From an uncultured Pelagibacteraceae bacterium (GTDB lineage Bacteria > Pseudomonadota > Alphaproteobacteria > Pelagibacterales > Pelagibacteraceae), in assembly GCA_902528575.1 (NCBI GenBank), contig CABZSV010000003.1, positions 1,995-65,994 on the forward strand: a stretch of DNA of 64,000 nt, written 5' to 3'. A program made the position numbers and the translations under genes. Of the stretch, positions 10,369 through 19,271 are shown piece after piece (within the stretch, counting starts at the first letter, position 1; every line of letters begins with the position of its first letter). The notes beneath the pieces were generated by a model. It was not told where the DNA came from and did not search any database. It worked only from the letters and a program-made list of their open reading frames with translations.

Positions 10369-10418
10369 TGATTTGTAATCAATAGGTCCGCGGTTCGAAT
10401 CCGTGCGGGGGCACCATC
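10369..10418 (+). repeat. attR-like partial tRNA-Thr copy (lacks 5' acceptor strand and D arm)
   Basis: 50/50 identical to 8831-8880; identity stops abruptly on both sides. Confidence 0.95.
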
Positions 10419-10431
10419 TTTAAATTAATAA

Positions 10432-10755
10432 TTAGTTTAGGTTTCTGATTTCACAATTTGCATAATCACGAGCTTCATCAACATAGTATTGTAATTTTCT
10501 TATATAATCATCAACATCATAACTATAACTTTGTAACTGACTATTATAATACTCAACATCATTGTTATAGCTATTAATAGTCCAGTCATCACATGTATGA
10601 GTATTATTCCATTCATTAACGCAAAATGGAACCATTGGTTTTGTAGGTTTGGTTGGTCTATCCCAATTTGAAGGTGCTGTTGGTGCATAACAAAAACCGT
10701 AAACATAGTTTCCCCAAAAAGAAGATATAATTAAAAATATTATAATTTTTTTCAT
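10432..10755 (-). CDS. Small secreted Cys/Pro-containing hypothetical protein
   Basis: MKK plus hydrophobic signal peptide, four Cys, PTKPTKP segment. Confidence 0.8.
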   Translation of the reverse strand: MKKIIIFLIISSFWGNYVYGFCYAPTAPSNWDRPTKPTKPMVPFCVNEWNNTHTCDDWTINSYNNDVEYYNSQLQSYSYDVDDYIRKLQYYVDEARDYANCEIRNLN

Positions 10756-10761
10756 AATTTT

Positions 10762-10899
10762 CTACCAAGCTGTTAATTTCCAGCATTGATCAATATCTTC
10801 AATACGAACATAACAACCAAGAAAAGACATAATTTTAAATGCACAAAATCCTCCAACTAAAATAATGACTACGAGCATTATTGGATTAATTTTTTTCAT
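10762..10899 (-). CDS. Small membrane protein (45 aa; not in the ORF track)
   Basis: Manual translation MKKINPIMLVVIILVGGFCAFKIMSFLGCYVRIEDIDQCWKLTAW; fills the gap between NAD kinase and the next ORF with 3- and 6-bp spacers. Confidence 0.65.
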   Translation of the reverse strand: MKKINPIMLVVIILVGGFCAFKIMSFLGCYVRIEDIDQCWKLTAW

Positions 10900-10902
10900 T
10901 TA

Positions 10903-11673
10903 CTAACTAGTCTCTCTTCTTATTTGCTCAATTTTAATCTTTTTTTGTAGACTTCTATTTTTATCGTAAAGAAGATTAAACTTTATTTTGTTATTAGTTT
11001 TTACTGTAATCGATTTAGCATTTCTTACCTCTAAATTATCTGCAACAGCACTAATAGGTCTCTTAGATGGATTTAAATTTGTTATGACAATTTTAGTTTT
11101 ATCATTAACAATTTTACCCCTCCATCTTCTTGGTCTAAATGCACTTATTGGTGATATTGATAATTTTTTTGAATGAAGACTTAAGATAGGTCCATGAACT
11201 GAGAGATTATAAGCTGTGCTCCCTGCAGGTGTTGACACTAATACCCCATCTGAAACTAATTTTTTAATTATTTGTTTTGAACCTTGTTTGATTGATAAAG
11301 AGGCTGCTTGTCTACTTTGTCTTAGTACAGAAACTTCATTGATTGCTATAGATCTCCTTGTTTGATTATTTTTATTTTTAACGATCATTTCTAATGGAGA
11401 AATTGTAACCAAATTTGCCTTTGATAAGTTTTTTATTATGTCTTTTGATGAAAATTTATTCATGAGAAAACCATAATTTCCAGAATTAATTCCATAAAAA
11501 TGTTTTCTTGAATTTTTATTCCTTTTTAATGTTTGAAGCATAAAACCATCGCCACCAATAACTATGATCAAATTTTGTTTTTTAAAATTATTAAACTTAA
11601 TTTTTTTTAGTAATAAATTTTTAATTTTTGAAGATTTTTTATTTTTATCTGAAATAATTTGAAGTTTACTCAT
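10903..11673 (-). CDS. nadK: NAD kinase
   Basis: GGDGFML, NEVS, DGVLVSTPAGSTAYNLSVHGP. Confidence 0.96.
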   Translation of the reverse strand: MSKLQIISDKNKKSSKIKNLLLKKIKFNNFKKQNLIIVIGGDGFMLQTLKRNKNSRKHFYGINSGNYGFLMNKFSSKDIIKNLSKANLVTISPLEMIVKNKNNQTRRSIAINEVSVLRQSRQAASLSIKQGSKQIIKKLVSDGVLVSTPAGSTAYNLSVHGPILSLHSKKLSISPISAFRPRRWRGKIVNDKTKIVITNLNPSKRPISAVADNLEVRNAKSITVKTNNKIKFNLLYDKNRSLQKKIKIEQIRRETS

Positions 11674-11677
11674 TTAA

Positions 11678-11763
11678 TGGTGCCCTCGGCCAGACTCGAA
11701 CTGGCACTCCGCAAGCGGCAAGGATTTTAAGTCCTTTGTGTCTACCAATTTCACCACGAGGGC
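11678..11763 (-). tRNA. tRNA-Leu(TAA)
   Basis: GCCCTCG...CGAGGGCACCA; anticodon loop CTTAAAA; long variable arm. Confidence 0.96.
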
Positions 11764-11910
11764 ATATAATTTTAATTCACGTCTTTTATATAACATTTTA
11801 ATTTAAACAAGGTTAATAATATAAAATATATATAATTTCTTAAATTCAAATAAAATTATATAAATATATTTTTAAAATCTATACTTTAAGATTTAAAATA
11901 TATTCTAAAA

Positions 11911-13614
11911 ATGAATGAATTTGAAAAAATAATACAAAATTTGAGAATTAAAAATTTTGATAAAGCATTAGAGCAGTGTAAATTATATGAAAATAAGCAA
12001 AACCAACATATCATTTTTAATTTAAAAGGAGTAATTTTTACACAAAAAGAAAATTATAAATTAGCAGAGGAAAATTTTTTAAAATCCATTAAATCTAATG
12101 ATAAATTTGTTGATCCAATCAAAAATCTATATTTACATTATCTTAAATATGAAAATTATTCAAAACTAATAGAGTATGCAAATAAATTAGTTCATTTAGA
12201 TAATCAAAATCCTACATATAATTATTTTTTAGCTCACGCTTTTGAACTAAGCAACAAACCAGATGAGGCTATAAAATTTTATAAAATTAATATTGATTTA
12301 AATGGCAAAGAAAAGAAAAAATCTTTAAACAATATGGCGTCGATTTTTTTTTTTAAAAAAAAATATAATGAAGCTCTAAATTTTTTTTTAGAAGCTTACA
12401 AATTTGACGTAACAGATAAACTTTTAGCAAATAATATCTTTCGAACTTATGTGCGTCTAAGAGATATAAAAAATTCAGATATATTCTTTAATACATGTAA
12501 TGAATTAGATCCAAATTATAAAAGTTTTATATTGAATAAATGTGAGTATTTATTTTTAAAAGAAAATGTAACAGAGGCAATTAATATTCTAGAAAACAAC
12601 AAAAATGATTTAGATTACTTGTTATTATTAATTAAAATTTATTATACTATTGGTGAAAAAAATAAAGGTCTCTCTATTTTAAAAGAAGCTAGAAAAAAAA
12701 AATTCAATCATCCAAAATTTAATACCAATTTAAGTTTAAGACTCTTATATAATGGTGATTTTGAAACTGGATTTAAATTATACGAAAGTAGATCAAGCAA
12801 ATATGTAAATTATTTTAAAGATATAAAAGAATGGAATGGTGAAGATCTAGAAAATAAAACAATATTTGTTTACAATGAACAGGGATTAGGTGATGCTATA
12901 CAATTTTCTAAATATTTAATTCCATTGAGTAAAATCGCTCAGAATATTAATTTTTTTGTTCAAGATAGTATTTATGATTTATTTGAAAATAATATTAATA
13001 ATTTAAAAATTTCATCACTAAAAAATTTAAATGATAATGTAGCAGATTTTAAAATATCACTAGGGTCTCTTATTAAATTTTTTTACAACCAAAAAATAGA
13101 CACAAAGAAGCTTGGTATTAAAGTTGATGAACAGAGAAAAAATTATTTTGAAAAAATAATTAATAAAAATAAGCTTAATGTTGGTTTAGTGTGGTCTGGT
13201 TTTATTCATGGATCAGGCCAACCTTATAGATCAATTCAATTAAAAAAATTTGAAAAAATTCTCAGTTTAGACGCAAATTTTTTTTGTCTACAAAAAGAAA
13301 TTTGGGAAAATGACTTGATTTATTTTAAAGAATCTAAAATAAAAAATTATGGTCATTTAAATTTTAAGGATATAACTGCATTAATTCAAAACCTTGATTT
13401 GATTATCACTGTGGATACATCTTTTTTACATCTTTCATCATCATTAAATAAAAAAACTTGGGCATTATTATGTATAGACCCAGATTGGCGATGGGGCGAC
13501 TTAAATAAAATTAATCCCTACAGTAGTATAAAATTATTTATTCAAAAAAAATTTAATAATTGGGATAATGTTTTGGATAATGTTTGTACTCAATTGAAAC
13601 CTATGATTAAGTAA
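11911..13614 (+). CDS. TPR-repeat protein with C-terminal glycosyltransferase (GT9-like) domain
   Basis: N-terminal TPR-like helices; EQGLGDAIQFSKY, VGLVWSG, DLIITVDTSFLHL and DWRWG motifs. Confidence 0.85.
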   Translation: MNEFEKIIQNLRIKNFDKALEQCKLYENKQNQHIIFNLKGVIFTQKENYKLAEENFLKSIKSNDKFVDPIKNLYLHYLKYENYSKLIEYANKLVHLDNQNPTYNYFLAHAFELSNKPDEAIKFYKINIDLNGKEKKKSLNNMASIFFFKKKYNEALNFFLEAYKFDVTDKLLANNIFRTYVRLRDIKNSDIFFNTCNELDPNYKSFILNKCEYLFLKENVTEAINILENNKNDLDYLLLLIKIYYTIGEKNKGLSILKEARKKKFNHPKFNTNLSLRLLYNGDFETGFKLYESRSSKYVNYFKDIKEWNGEDLENKTIFVYNEQGLGDAIQFSKYLIPLSKIAQNINFFVQDSIYDLFENNINNLKISSLKNLNDNVADFKISLGSLIKFFYNQKIDTKKLGIKVDEQRKNYFEKIINKNKLNVGLVWSGFIHGSGQPYRSIQLKKFEKILSLDANFFCLQKEIWENDLIYFKESKIKNYGHLNFKDITALIQNLDLIITVDTSFLHLSSSLNKKTWALLCIDPDWRWGDLNKINPYSSIKLFIQKKFNNWDNVLDNVCTQLKPMIK

Positions 13615-13631
13615 AACTAAGATTTAATTAA

Positions 13632-14033
13632 TTAATGCTGTAAAGCTTTTAATAAAAAATTTTTATCAAGTTTGCAATCTTTATAACCTCTCTTAACAAT
13701 ATTTAAATATCTTTCTGTTGGATATCTGAATGATGTTTTATTAACCATGGTATAAGTCATAACCTTTTTTCCATAATAATAAAAATAATACTTCTTATAT
13801 AAAATAGGAAAATCCTCATATACATCTAACTTTTTTTCATCACTTTTTGAAATTTCAAATAAGGCACCTGGTACAATAGAATTTTTTTTATGTTCTATGT
13901 CTGCAGCTCTATATTTACTTCTAAAGGTTAATTTAAAATCCTTTAAATTTATTTTTTTTAAGAACATGCTATCTTTGCATCTACGCTTCATTTGAAAATG
14001 ATGAAGATTACTTCCATAAGCAAAATACAGCAT
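13632..14033 (-). CDS. Gamma-glutamylcyclotransferase family protein
   Basis: YFAYGSNL and LDVYED motifs. Confidence 0.88.
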   Translation of the reverse strand: MLYFAYGSNLHHFQMKRRCKDSMFLKKINLKDFKLTFRSKYRAADIEHKKNSIVPGALFEISKSDEKKLDVYEDFPILYKKYYFYYYGKKVMTYTMVNKTSFRYPTERYLNIVKRGYKDCKLDKNFLLKALQH

Positions 14034-14782
14034 TATCTATCTACTACCTCAATTTTTTTTTCTTTTACAAATTTTAAAATTTGAGAATTACAATTTTCTA
14101 TTTTATTTTGATCTTCAGACCTTATTACTATTGAAACACCTAATTTACCCGCATGAAAAAATGGGTAGCTTCCTATCTCAACATCTTTATTATCATTTTG
14201 TACTTTTGTTAAAGAGTTAGCTATTTCACTTTCAACAGTTCTTAAACTGATTGTACGACTTTTAATAGGTTCGCCCCCTACTATGCTATTAGTTAACCCA
14301 CCTAACATTGATTTCAAAATAGAAGGAACTCCTGGTAATGAATATACATTTTCAACATTAAAACCTGGAGCGCCACTTGTTGGATTTAAAATTAATTTTG
14401 CATTCTTAGGCATCCATGCCATTTTTTGTCTACCTTCATTAAATTCACCAGGTTGATAATAAGATTCTAGAATTTTAAAAGCCTCTTTATGAATTTCATA
14501 TTTAATTCCAAATGCTTTTGAAACTGATTGAGCAGTGATATCATCATGAGTAGGTCCAATACCACCGGTTGTAAAAACATAATTATATGTAGTTCTAAGC
14601 AAATTTAAAGTATCAACAATAGTCTCTTCAAGATCAGGTATTACTCTAACTTCTGCAACATTAACACCAATTGAATTTAGCCAAATTGCTAAAGTTGAGG
14701 TATTGGTATCTTGGGTTCTGCCAGATAAAATCTCATTACCAATGATTAAAATCGATGCATTAACTTTTACTTTTTTATCCAT
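14033..14782 (-). CDS. CinA-like molybdopterin-binding domain protein (no PncC domain)
   Basis: IIGNEILSGRTQDTN, TTGGIGPTHDDIT, LPGVPS. Confidence 0.9.
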   Translation of the reverse strand: MDKKVKVNASILIIGNEILSGRTQDTNTSTLAIWLNSIGVNVAEVRVIPDLEETIVDTLNLLRTTYNYVFTTGGIGPTHDDITAQSVSKAFGIKYEIHKEAFKILESYYQPGEFNEGRQKMAWMPKNAKLILNPTSGAPGFNVENVYSLPGVPSILKSMLGGLTNSIVGGEPIKSRTISLRTVESEIANSLTKVQNDNKDVEIGSYPFFHAGKLGVSIVIRSEDQNKIENCNSQILKFVKEKKIEVVDR

Positions 14783-14802
14783 ATGAAATATATAATTTAG
14801 TA

Positions 14803-15501
14803 ATGGAATTTACCAAGTCTTTAGTAAAAGGCAAACTAATCAAACGTTATAAAAGGTTTTTTACTGATGTTAAACTTGGTAAAGAAATTGTCACAGCTCA
14901 TTGTCCTAACACAGGGTCAATGAAAGGTTTATTAGATGAGTATAATGAAGTTTATTTGCTTCCTAATAACGATCCAAAACGAAAGCTTAAATATGGATTG
15001 GAGATTATCAAATCTAGAAAAATTTTAGTTGGGGTAAATACTCACTTGGCAAATAGAATAGTTGAGCATGGTCTCAAAAATAATCTAATAAATGAACTAA
15101 AGAATAATGACATTGTAAAGCCTGAGGTTTTTTTTAATAAAGAAACAAGATTTGACTTTTTATTAGAAAAAAAAGGTCAAAAAATTTTTGTTGAGGTTAA
15201 AAATGTTACTTTATTTAGAAATAAGGATACTGCTGAATTTCCAGATGCGCCAACAGCAAGGGGAACTAAGCATTTATTAACCCTTATTGATGCCATAAAA
15301 AAAGGTTATAAAACCTACTTAATATTTTTGGTTCAAATTCAAAATATGAAATATTTTAAAATAGCTAAAGATATAGACGAAGAATATTACAAGAACTATT
15401 TAATTGCTAAAAAAGCTGGTGTAAATTTTTTAGCTTATAGATGTGATATAAGTTCTAAAAAAATTTTTATAGATAAAAAATTAAAAATTATAGATGACTG
15501 A
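14803..15501 (+). CDS. sfsA: SfsA DNA/RNA nuclease family protein
   Basis: KRYKRF, AHCPNTGSM, VEVKNVT, FPDAPTARGTKHL. Confidence 0.96.
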   Translation: MEFTKSLVKGKLIKRYKRFFTDVKLGKEIVTAHCPNTGSMKGLLDEYNEVYLLPNNDPKRKLKYGLEIIKSRKILVGVNTHLANRIVEHGLKNNLINELKNNDIVKPEVFFNKETRFDFLLEKKGQKIFVEVKNVTLFRNKDTAEFPDAPTARGTKHLLTLIDAIKKGYKTYLIFLVQIQNMKYFKIAKDIDEEYYKNYLIAKKAGVNFLAYRCDISSKKIFIDKKLKIIDD

Positions 15502-16264
15502 TTATAAAGAAAAATTTGAAAAAATGAAAATTGCAGGAAACTTGGCTGCAAGAACTTTAGATATGTTAACTGAGAATATTAAAGAAGGTGTGTCTACTGA
15601 TGATATCGATAAACTTGGATATGAATTTATTAGAGACAATGGTGGATACTCGGCTCCTCTGTATTATAGAGGCTTTACAAAATCTTTATGCACATCTTTA
15701 AATCATGTAATATGCCATGGAATACCCTCAGATAGAATTTTACAAGAAGGTGATGCTGTAAATGTTGATGTTACAGCAATTGTTGATGAACATTATGGTG
15801 ATACAAGCAGAATGTTTTGTATTGGAAAAACACCAGTAAAGTTAAACAATCTTATAGATGCTACTTATGAGTCTATGATGAGAGCAATTAGAATTTTAAA
15901 ACCTGGGATTAAATTAGGAGATATAGGTTACGAAATTCAATCCTTTGTAGAGGAAAAAGGTTTTTCAGTTGTAAGAGATTTTTGTGGTCACGGAATAAGT
16001 ACAACATTTCATGAGCCACCAAATATTTTACACTACGGTAAAAAAAATACAGGGATGGAATTAAGACCTGGTATGACATTTACGATAGAACCAATGATAA
16101 ATGCAGGAAAATATGATGTTAAAATGTTGAATGACGGTTGGACAGCTGTTACAAAAGATAAATCTTTATCTGCACAATTTGAACATACGATAGGAATTAC
16201 TGAAAATGGTTATGAAATCTTTACAGAATCTGCTAAAGGTTATTCAAAGCCTCCATACTTATAA
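15494..16264 (+). CDS. map: Methionine aminopeptidase type I
   Basis: CHGIP, GDTSRMF, FCGHGI, FTIEPMIN, SAQFEHT. Confidence 0.98.
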   Translation: MTDYKEKFEKMKIAGNLAARTLDMLTENIKEGVSTDDIDKLGYEFIRDNGGYSAPLYYRGFTKSLCTSLNHVICHGIPSDRILQEGDAVNVDVTAIVDEHYGDTSRMFCIGKTPVKLNNLIDATYESMMRAIRILKPGIKLGDIGYEIQSFVEEKGFSVVRDFCGHGISTTFHEPPNILHYGKKNTGMELRPGMTFTIEPMINAGKYDVKMLNDGWTAVTKDKSLSAQFEHTIGITENGYEIFTESAKGYSKPPYL

Positions 16265-16267
16265 TTA

Positions 16268-17560
16268 ATGATTAAAAGATACTCGCGAAAAGAATTAACT
16301 GATATTTGGTCAGAAGAAAATAAATACAAAATCTGGTTAGATGTTGAGGTTGCAGCTGCAGAAGCAATGGAAAAACTTGGTCAAATTCCAAGAGGTGTTG
16401 CTTCAATAGTTAAAAAAAAAGCCAGAATTAATGTAAGCAGAATTCACAAAATAGAGTCTCAGGTAAAACATGACGTAATAGCATTTCTTACCTCAGTAAC
16501 TGAAAAAGCTGGAATAAAAGCACGTTACCTACATCAAGGAATGACATCATCAGATGTTTTAGATACTAGTTTTAATATTCAATTAGTCCAATCAGGTAAA
16601 ATCATTTTAAAAGATATAGATCAAATTTTAAAAGTTTTAAAAAAACAAGCCAAAAAATATAAATTTACACCGTGTATGGGAAGAAGCCACGGTATCCATG
16701 CTGAACCAATTACTTTTGGATTAAAATTGGCTTCGTTTTATGAGGAATTTAAAAGAAACAGAAATAGATTAAAAGATGCGATAGATGAAGTATCAACTTG
16801 TGCAATATCTGGTGCTGTTGGAACATTTGCTAACGTTAATCCAAATGTTGAAAAACATGTGGCAAAAAAATTAGGTCTAAAAGTTGAACCAATTTCCACA
16901 CAAGTAATTCCAAGAGATAGACATGCATTTTATTTTTCTGTTTTAGGAATTATTGCAGGATCTGTAGAAAGAGTAGCAGTTGAAATAAGGCACCTACAAA
17001 GAACTGAGGTTTACGAGCTACAAGAATATTTCTCTAAAAATCAAAAAGGATCGTCAGCAATGCCTCATAAAAAAAATCCTATTTTAAGTGAAAATTTAAC
17101 AGGCTTAGCTAGGATGGTTAGGAGTGCAGTTGTACCAGCACTTGAAAACATTGCGCTTTGGCATGAAAGAGATATTTCTCATTCAAGTGTTGAAAGAAAT
17201 ATCGGACCAGATGCCAATATAACAACTGATTTTGCATTAGTTAGACTTACAAATATTTTAGAAAACATGATTGTTTATCCTAAAAAAATGCTTGAAAACT
17301 TAAATTTAACAAAAGGTTTAATTTTCTCTCAAGAAGTTATGTTGGAATTAACAAAATCAGGATTAAGCAGAGAAAAATCTTATAGATTAGTACAATCTTA
17401 TTCAAAAAAATGTTTTGCAGAAAATTTAAACTTAATTGACGTCATTTCATCTGATAAATTTATAATGAGTAAAATTTCTCCAAAAAAACTAAAATCTATA
17501 TTTAATTATTCTAAACACTTTAAAAATGTAAATTTTATCTTTAGAAGAGTTTTTAAATAA
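16268..17560 (+). CDS. purB: Adenylosuccinate lyase
   Basis: GSSAMPHKKNP signature, HERDISHSS. Confidence 0.98.
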   Translation: MIKRYSRKELTDIWSEENKYKIWLDVEVAAAEAMEKLGQIPRGVASIVKKKARINVSRIHKIESQVKHDVIAFLTSVTEKAGIKARYLHQGMTSSDVLDTSFNIQLVQSGKIILKDIDQILKVLKKQAKKYKFTPCMGRSHGIHAEPITFGLKLASFYEEFKRNRNRLKDAIDEVSTCAISGAVGTFANVNPNVEKHVAKKLGLKVEPISTQVIPRDRHAFYFSVLGIIAGSVERVAVEIRHLQRTEVYELQEYFSKNQKGSSAMPHKKNPILSENLTGLARMVRSAVVPALENIALWHERDISHSSVERNIGPDANITTDFALVRLTNILENMIVYPKKMLENLNLTKGLIFSQEVMLELTKSGLSREKSYRLVQSYSKKCFAENLNLIDVISSDKFIMSKISPKKLKSIFNYSKHFKNVNFIFRRVFK

Positions 17561-18345
17561 TGAAAAAAGGTAAAAAATTATACGAAGGAAAAGCTAAAAT
17601 CATTTATGCAACAAATGATAAAAACCTAGTTATCCAATATTTTAAAGATGATGCAACTGCATTTAATAATCAAAAAAAAACAACCATAGAAGGTAAAGGA
17701 GTTTTAAATAACAGAATATCTGAGCACATACTTTCAAACTTATCTGAGGTTGGAATTAAAAATCATTTAGTAAAAAGAATAAATATGAGAGAACAATTGG
17801 TTAAGCTAGTTGATATAATACCTATAGAATTTATAGTAAGAAATATTGCAACCGGATCATTAACTAAAAGATTAGGTATCGAGGAAGGAACTGTAATTGA
17901 AAGACCATTAATAGAATACTGTCTTAAAGATGATAAGCTTGGAGATCCAATAATTAGTCGTGAGCATATTTTAACTTTTAATTGGCTTAATGTAATGCAA
18001 CTTGATTGGATAGATGAAAATCTATCTAGATTAAATGATTTTTTACTAGGAATGTTTAGAGGTGTTGGAATAAAATTAGTGGATTTTAAAGTTGAATTTG
18101 GCTTCACTCATGAAAGTGAAAAAAATCAAATTATATTAGCTGATGAAATTAGCCCTGATACATGTAGATTGTGGGATACTTTAACAGATAAAAAACTTGA
18201 TAAAGACAGATTTAGAAAAGATTTAGGAGATCTTATTCCCGCTTATACAGAAGTTGCAAAAAGACTTGGAATACTTCATGAACAATCAAATGTTTCTGCA
18301 GTAAATGTTACCCAACTTTCATCAGTAAAAAGAAAGAAAAAATGA
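17560..18345 (+). CDS. purC: SAICAR synthase
   Basis: LYEGKAK, LVDFKVEFG, LADEISPDTCRLWD. Confidence 0.98.
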   Translation: MKKGKKLYEGKAKIIYATNDKNLVIQYFKDDATAFNNQKKTTIEGKGVLNNRISEHILSNLSEVGIKNHLVKRINMREQLVKLVDIIPIEFIVRNIATGSLTKRLGIEEGTVIERPLIEYCLKDDKLGDPIISREHILTFNWLNVMQLDWIDENLSRLNDFLLGMFRGVGIKLVDFKVEFGFTHESEKNQIILADEISPDTCRLWDTLTDKKLDKDRFRKDLGDLIPAYTEVAKRLGILHEQSNVSAVNVTQLSSVKRKKK

Positions 18346-18584
18346 AAATTTCTGTAATTATAACTTTAAAAAAAGATGTACTTGATCCACAAGGAAAAGT
18401 AATTCATCAAACTCTAGATGGAATGGGTTTTGCTGATGTTAATGAAGTAAGACAAGGTAAATATTTTGAAATAGATACTAAAGAAACTGATAACGACAAA
18501 GCAAAAGCAAAAGTTGAAGAAATGTGTAAAAAACTTTTGGCAAATCTTGTAATTGAAAATTATAAAATTATTGATCCAAAGTAA
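18342..18584 (+). CDS. purS: FGAM synthase subunit PurS
   Basis: VLDPQG, VRQGK, LLANLVIE. Confidence 0.97.
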   Translation: MKISVIITLKKDVLDPQGKVIHQTLDGMGFADVNEVRQGKYFEIDTKETDNDKAKAKVEEMCKKLLANLVIENYKIIDPK

Positions 18585-18587
18585 TTA

Positions 18588-19271
18588 ATGAAATCATCTG
18601 TTATTACTTTTCCTGGTTCAAATTGTGACAGAGACATGGATGTCGCTTTGAGAAAGTTTGGATTTAAAAATAAAATGGTTTGGCATGCTGATGCAGAATT
18701 ACCAAAAAGTGATTTAGTTGTATTACCAGGTGGATTTTCATATGGTGATTACTTGAGATGTGGAAGTATGGCATCTAAATCGAGAATAATGCAGTCTGTA
18801 ATTAATTTTGCAAATTCAGGAGGTATGGTTATGGGTATCTGTAATGGATTTCAAATATTGGTAGAAACTGGTTTGGTTCCAGGTGTTTTGCTTAGAAACA
18901 AATATCTAGAATTTATTTGTAAAAACGTTTTTGTAAAAATTAACGATAAAAAAAATAAATATTTTAAAAATGTTGATAACGAAGTTTTAGAATTTCATAT
19001 AGCTCATAATGAAGGAAATTATTTTTGTACAAATGATCAATTAAAAGAAATTGAAGATAATAATCAAATAGCTATTAACTATTGTGATGAAAATGGAAAA
19101 ATAGAAGATAAATTTAATCCTAATGGATCTATAAAAAATATTGCTGGTATATTTAATAAAGAAAAAAATGTTCTAGGAATGATGCCCCACCCTGAAAGAA
19201 TGATTCATACATCTTTATCTGGTGAAGATGGATCATTATTTTTTAAAAACTTAATAAACAACTTAAAATGA
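18588..19271 (+). CDS. purQ: FGAM synthase glutaminase subunit PurQ
   Basis: FPGSNCD, GGFSYGDYLR, GICNGFQ, MMPHPER. Confidence 0.98.
   Translation: MKSSVITFPGSNCDRDMDVALRKFGFKNKMVWHADAELPKSDLVVLPGGFSYGDYLRCGSMASKSRIMQSVINFANSGGMVMGICNGFQILVETGLVPGVLLRNKYLEFICKNVFVKINDKKNKYFKNVDNEVLEFHIAHNEGNYFCTNDQLKEIEDNNQIAINYCDENGKIEDKFNPNGSIKNIAGIFNKEKNVLGMMPHPERMIHTSLSGEDGSLFFKNLINNLK

Larger units (their letters stand above)
8831..10418. mobile_element. Integrase-free mini genomic island integrated in tRNA-Thr (1538-bp unit between att repeats)
   Basis: Exact 50-bp direct repeat at both ends, related repeat clusters inside both ends, four small hypothetical genes, no recombinase ORF. Confidence 0.85.

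Noticed and set aside
10369-10418. Possible second tRNA-Thr gene
   Set aside because: Lacks the 5' acceptor strand and D arm, so it cannot form a cloverleaf; treated as an att repeat.
8831-10418. CRISPR array or prophage interpretation of the repeats
   Set aside because: Only two long repeats, both tRNA-derived; no regular spacers, cas genes, phage structural genes or integrase.
10500-10706. 68-aa minus-strand ORF nested in 10432-10755
   Set aside because: Alternative frame inside a better-supported signal-peptide ORF.
11820-11875. Imperfect AT-only inverted repeat upstream of the TPR-glycosyltransferase
   Set aside because: Low-complexity A/T sequence; expected by chance at this composition.
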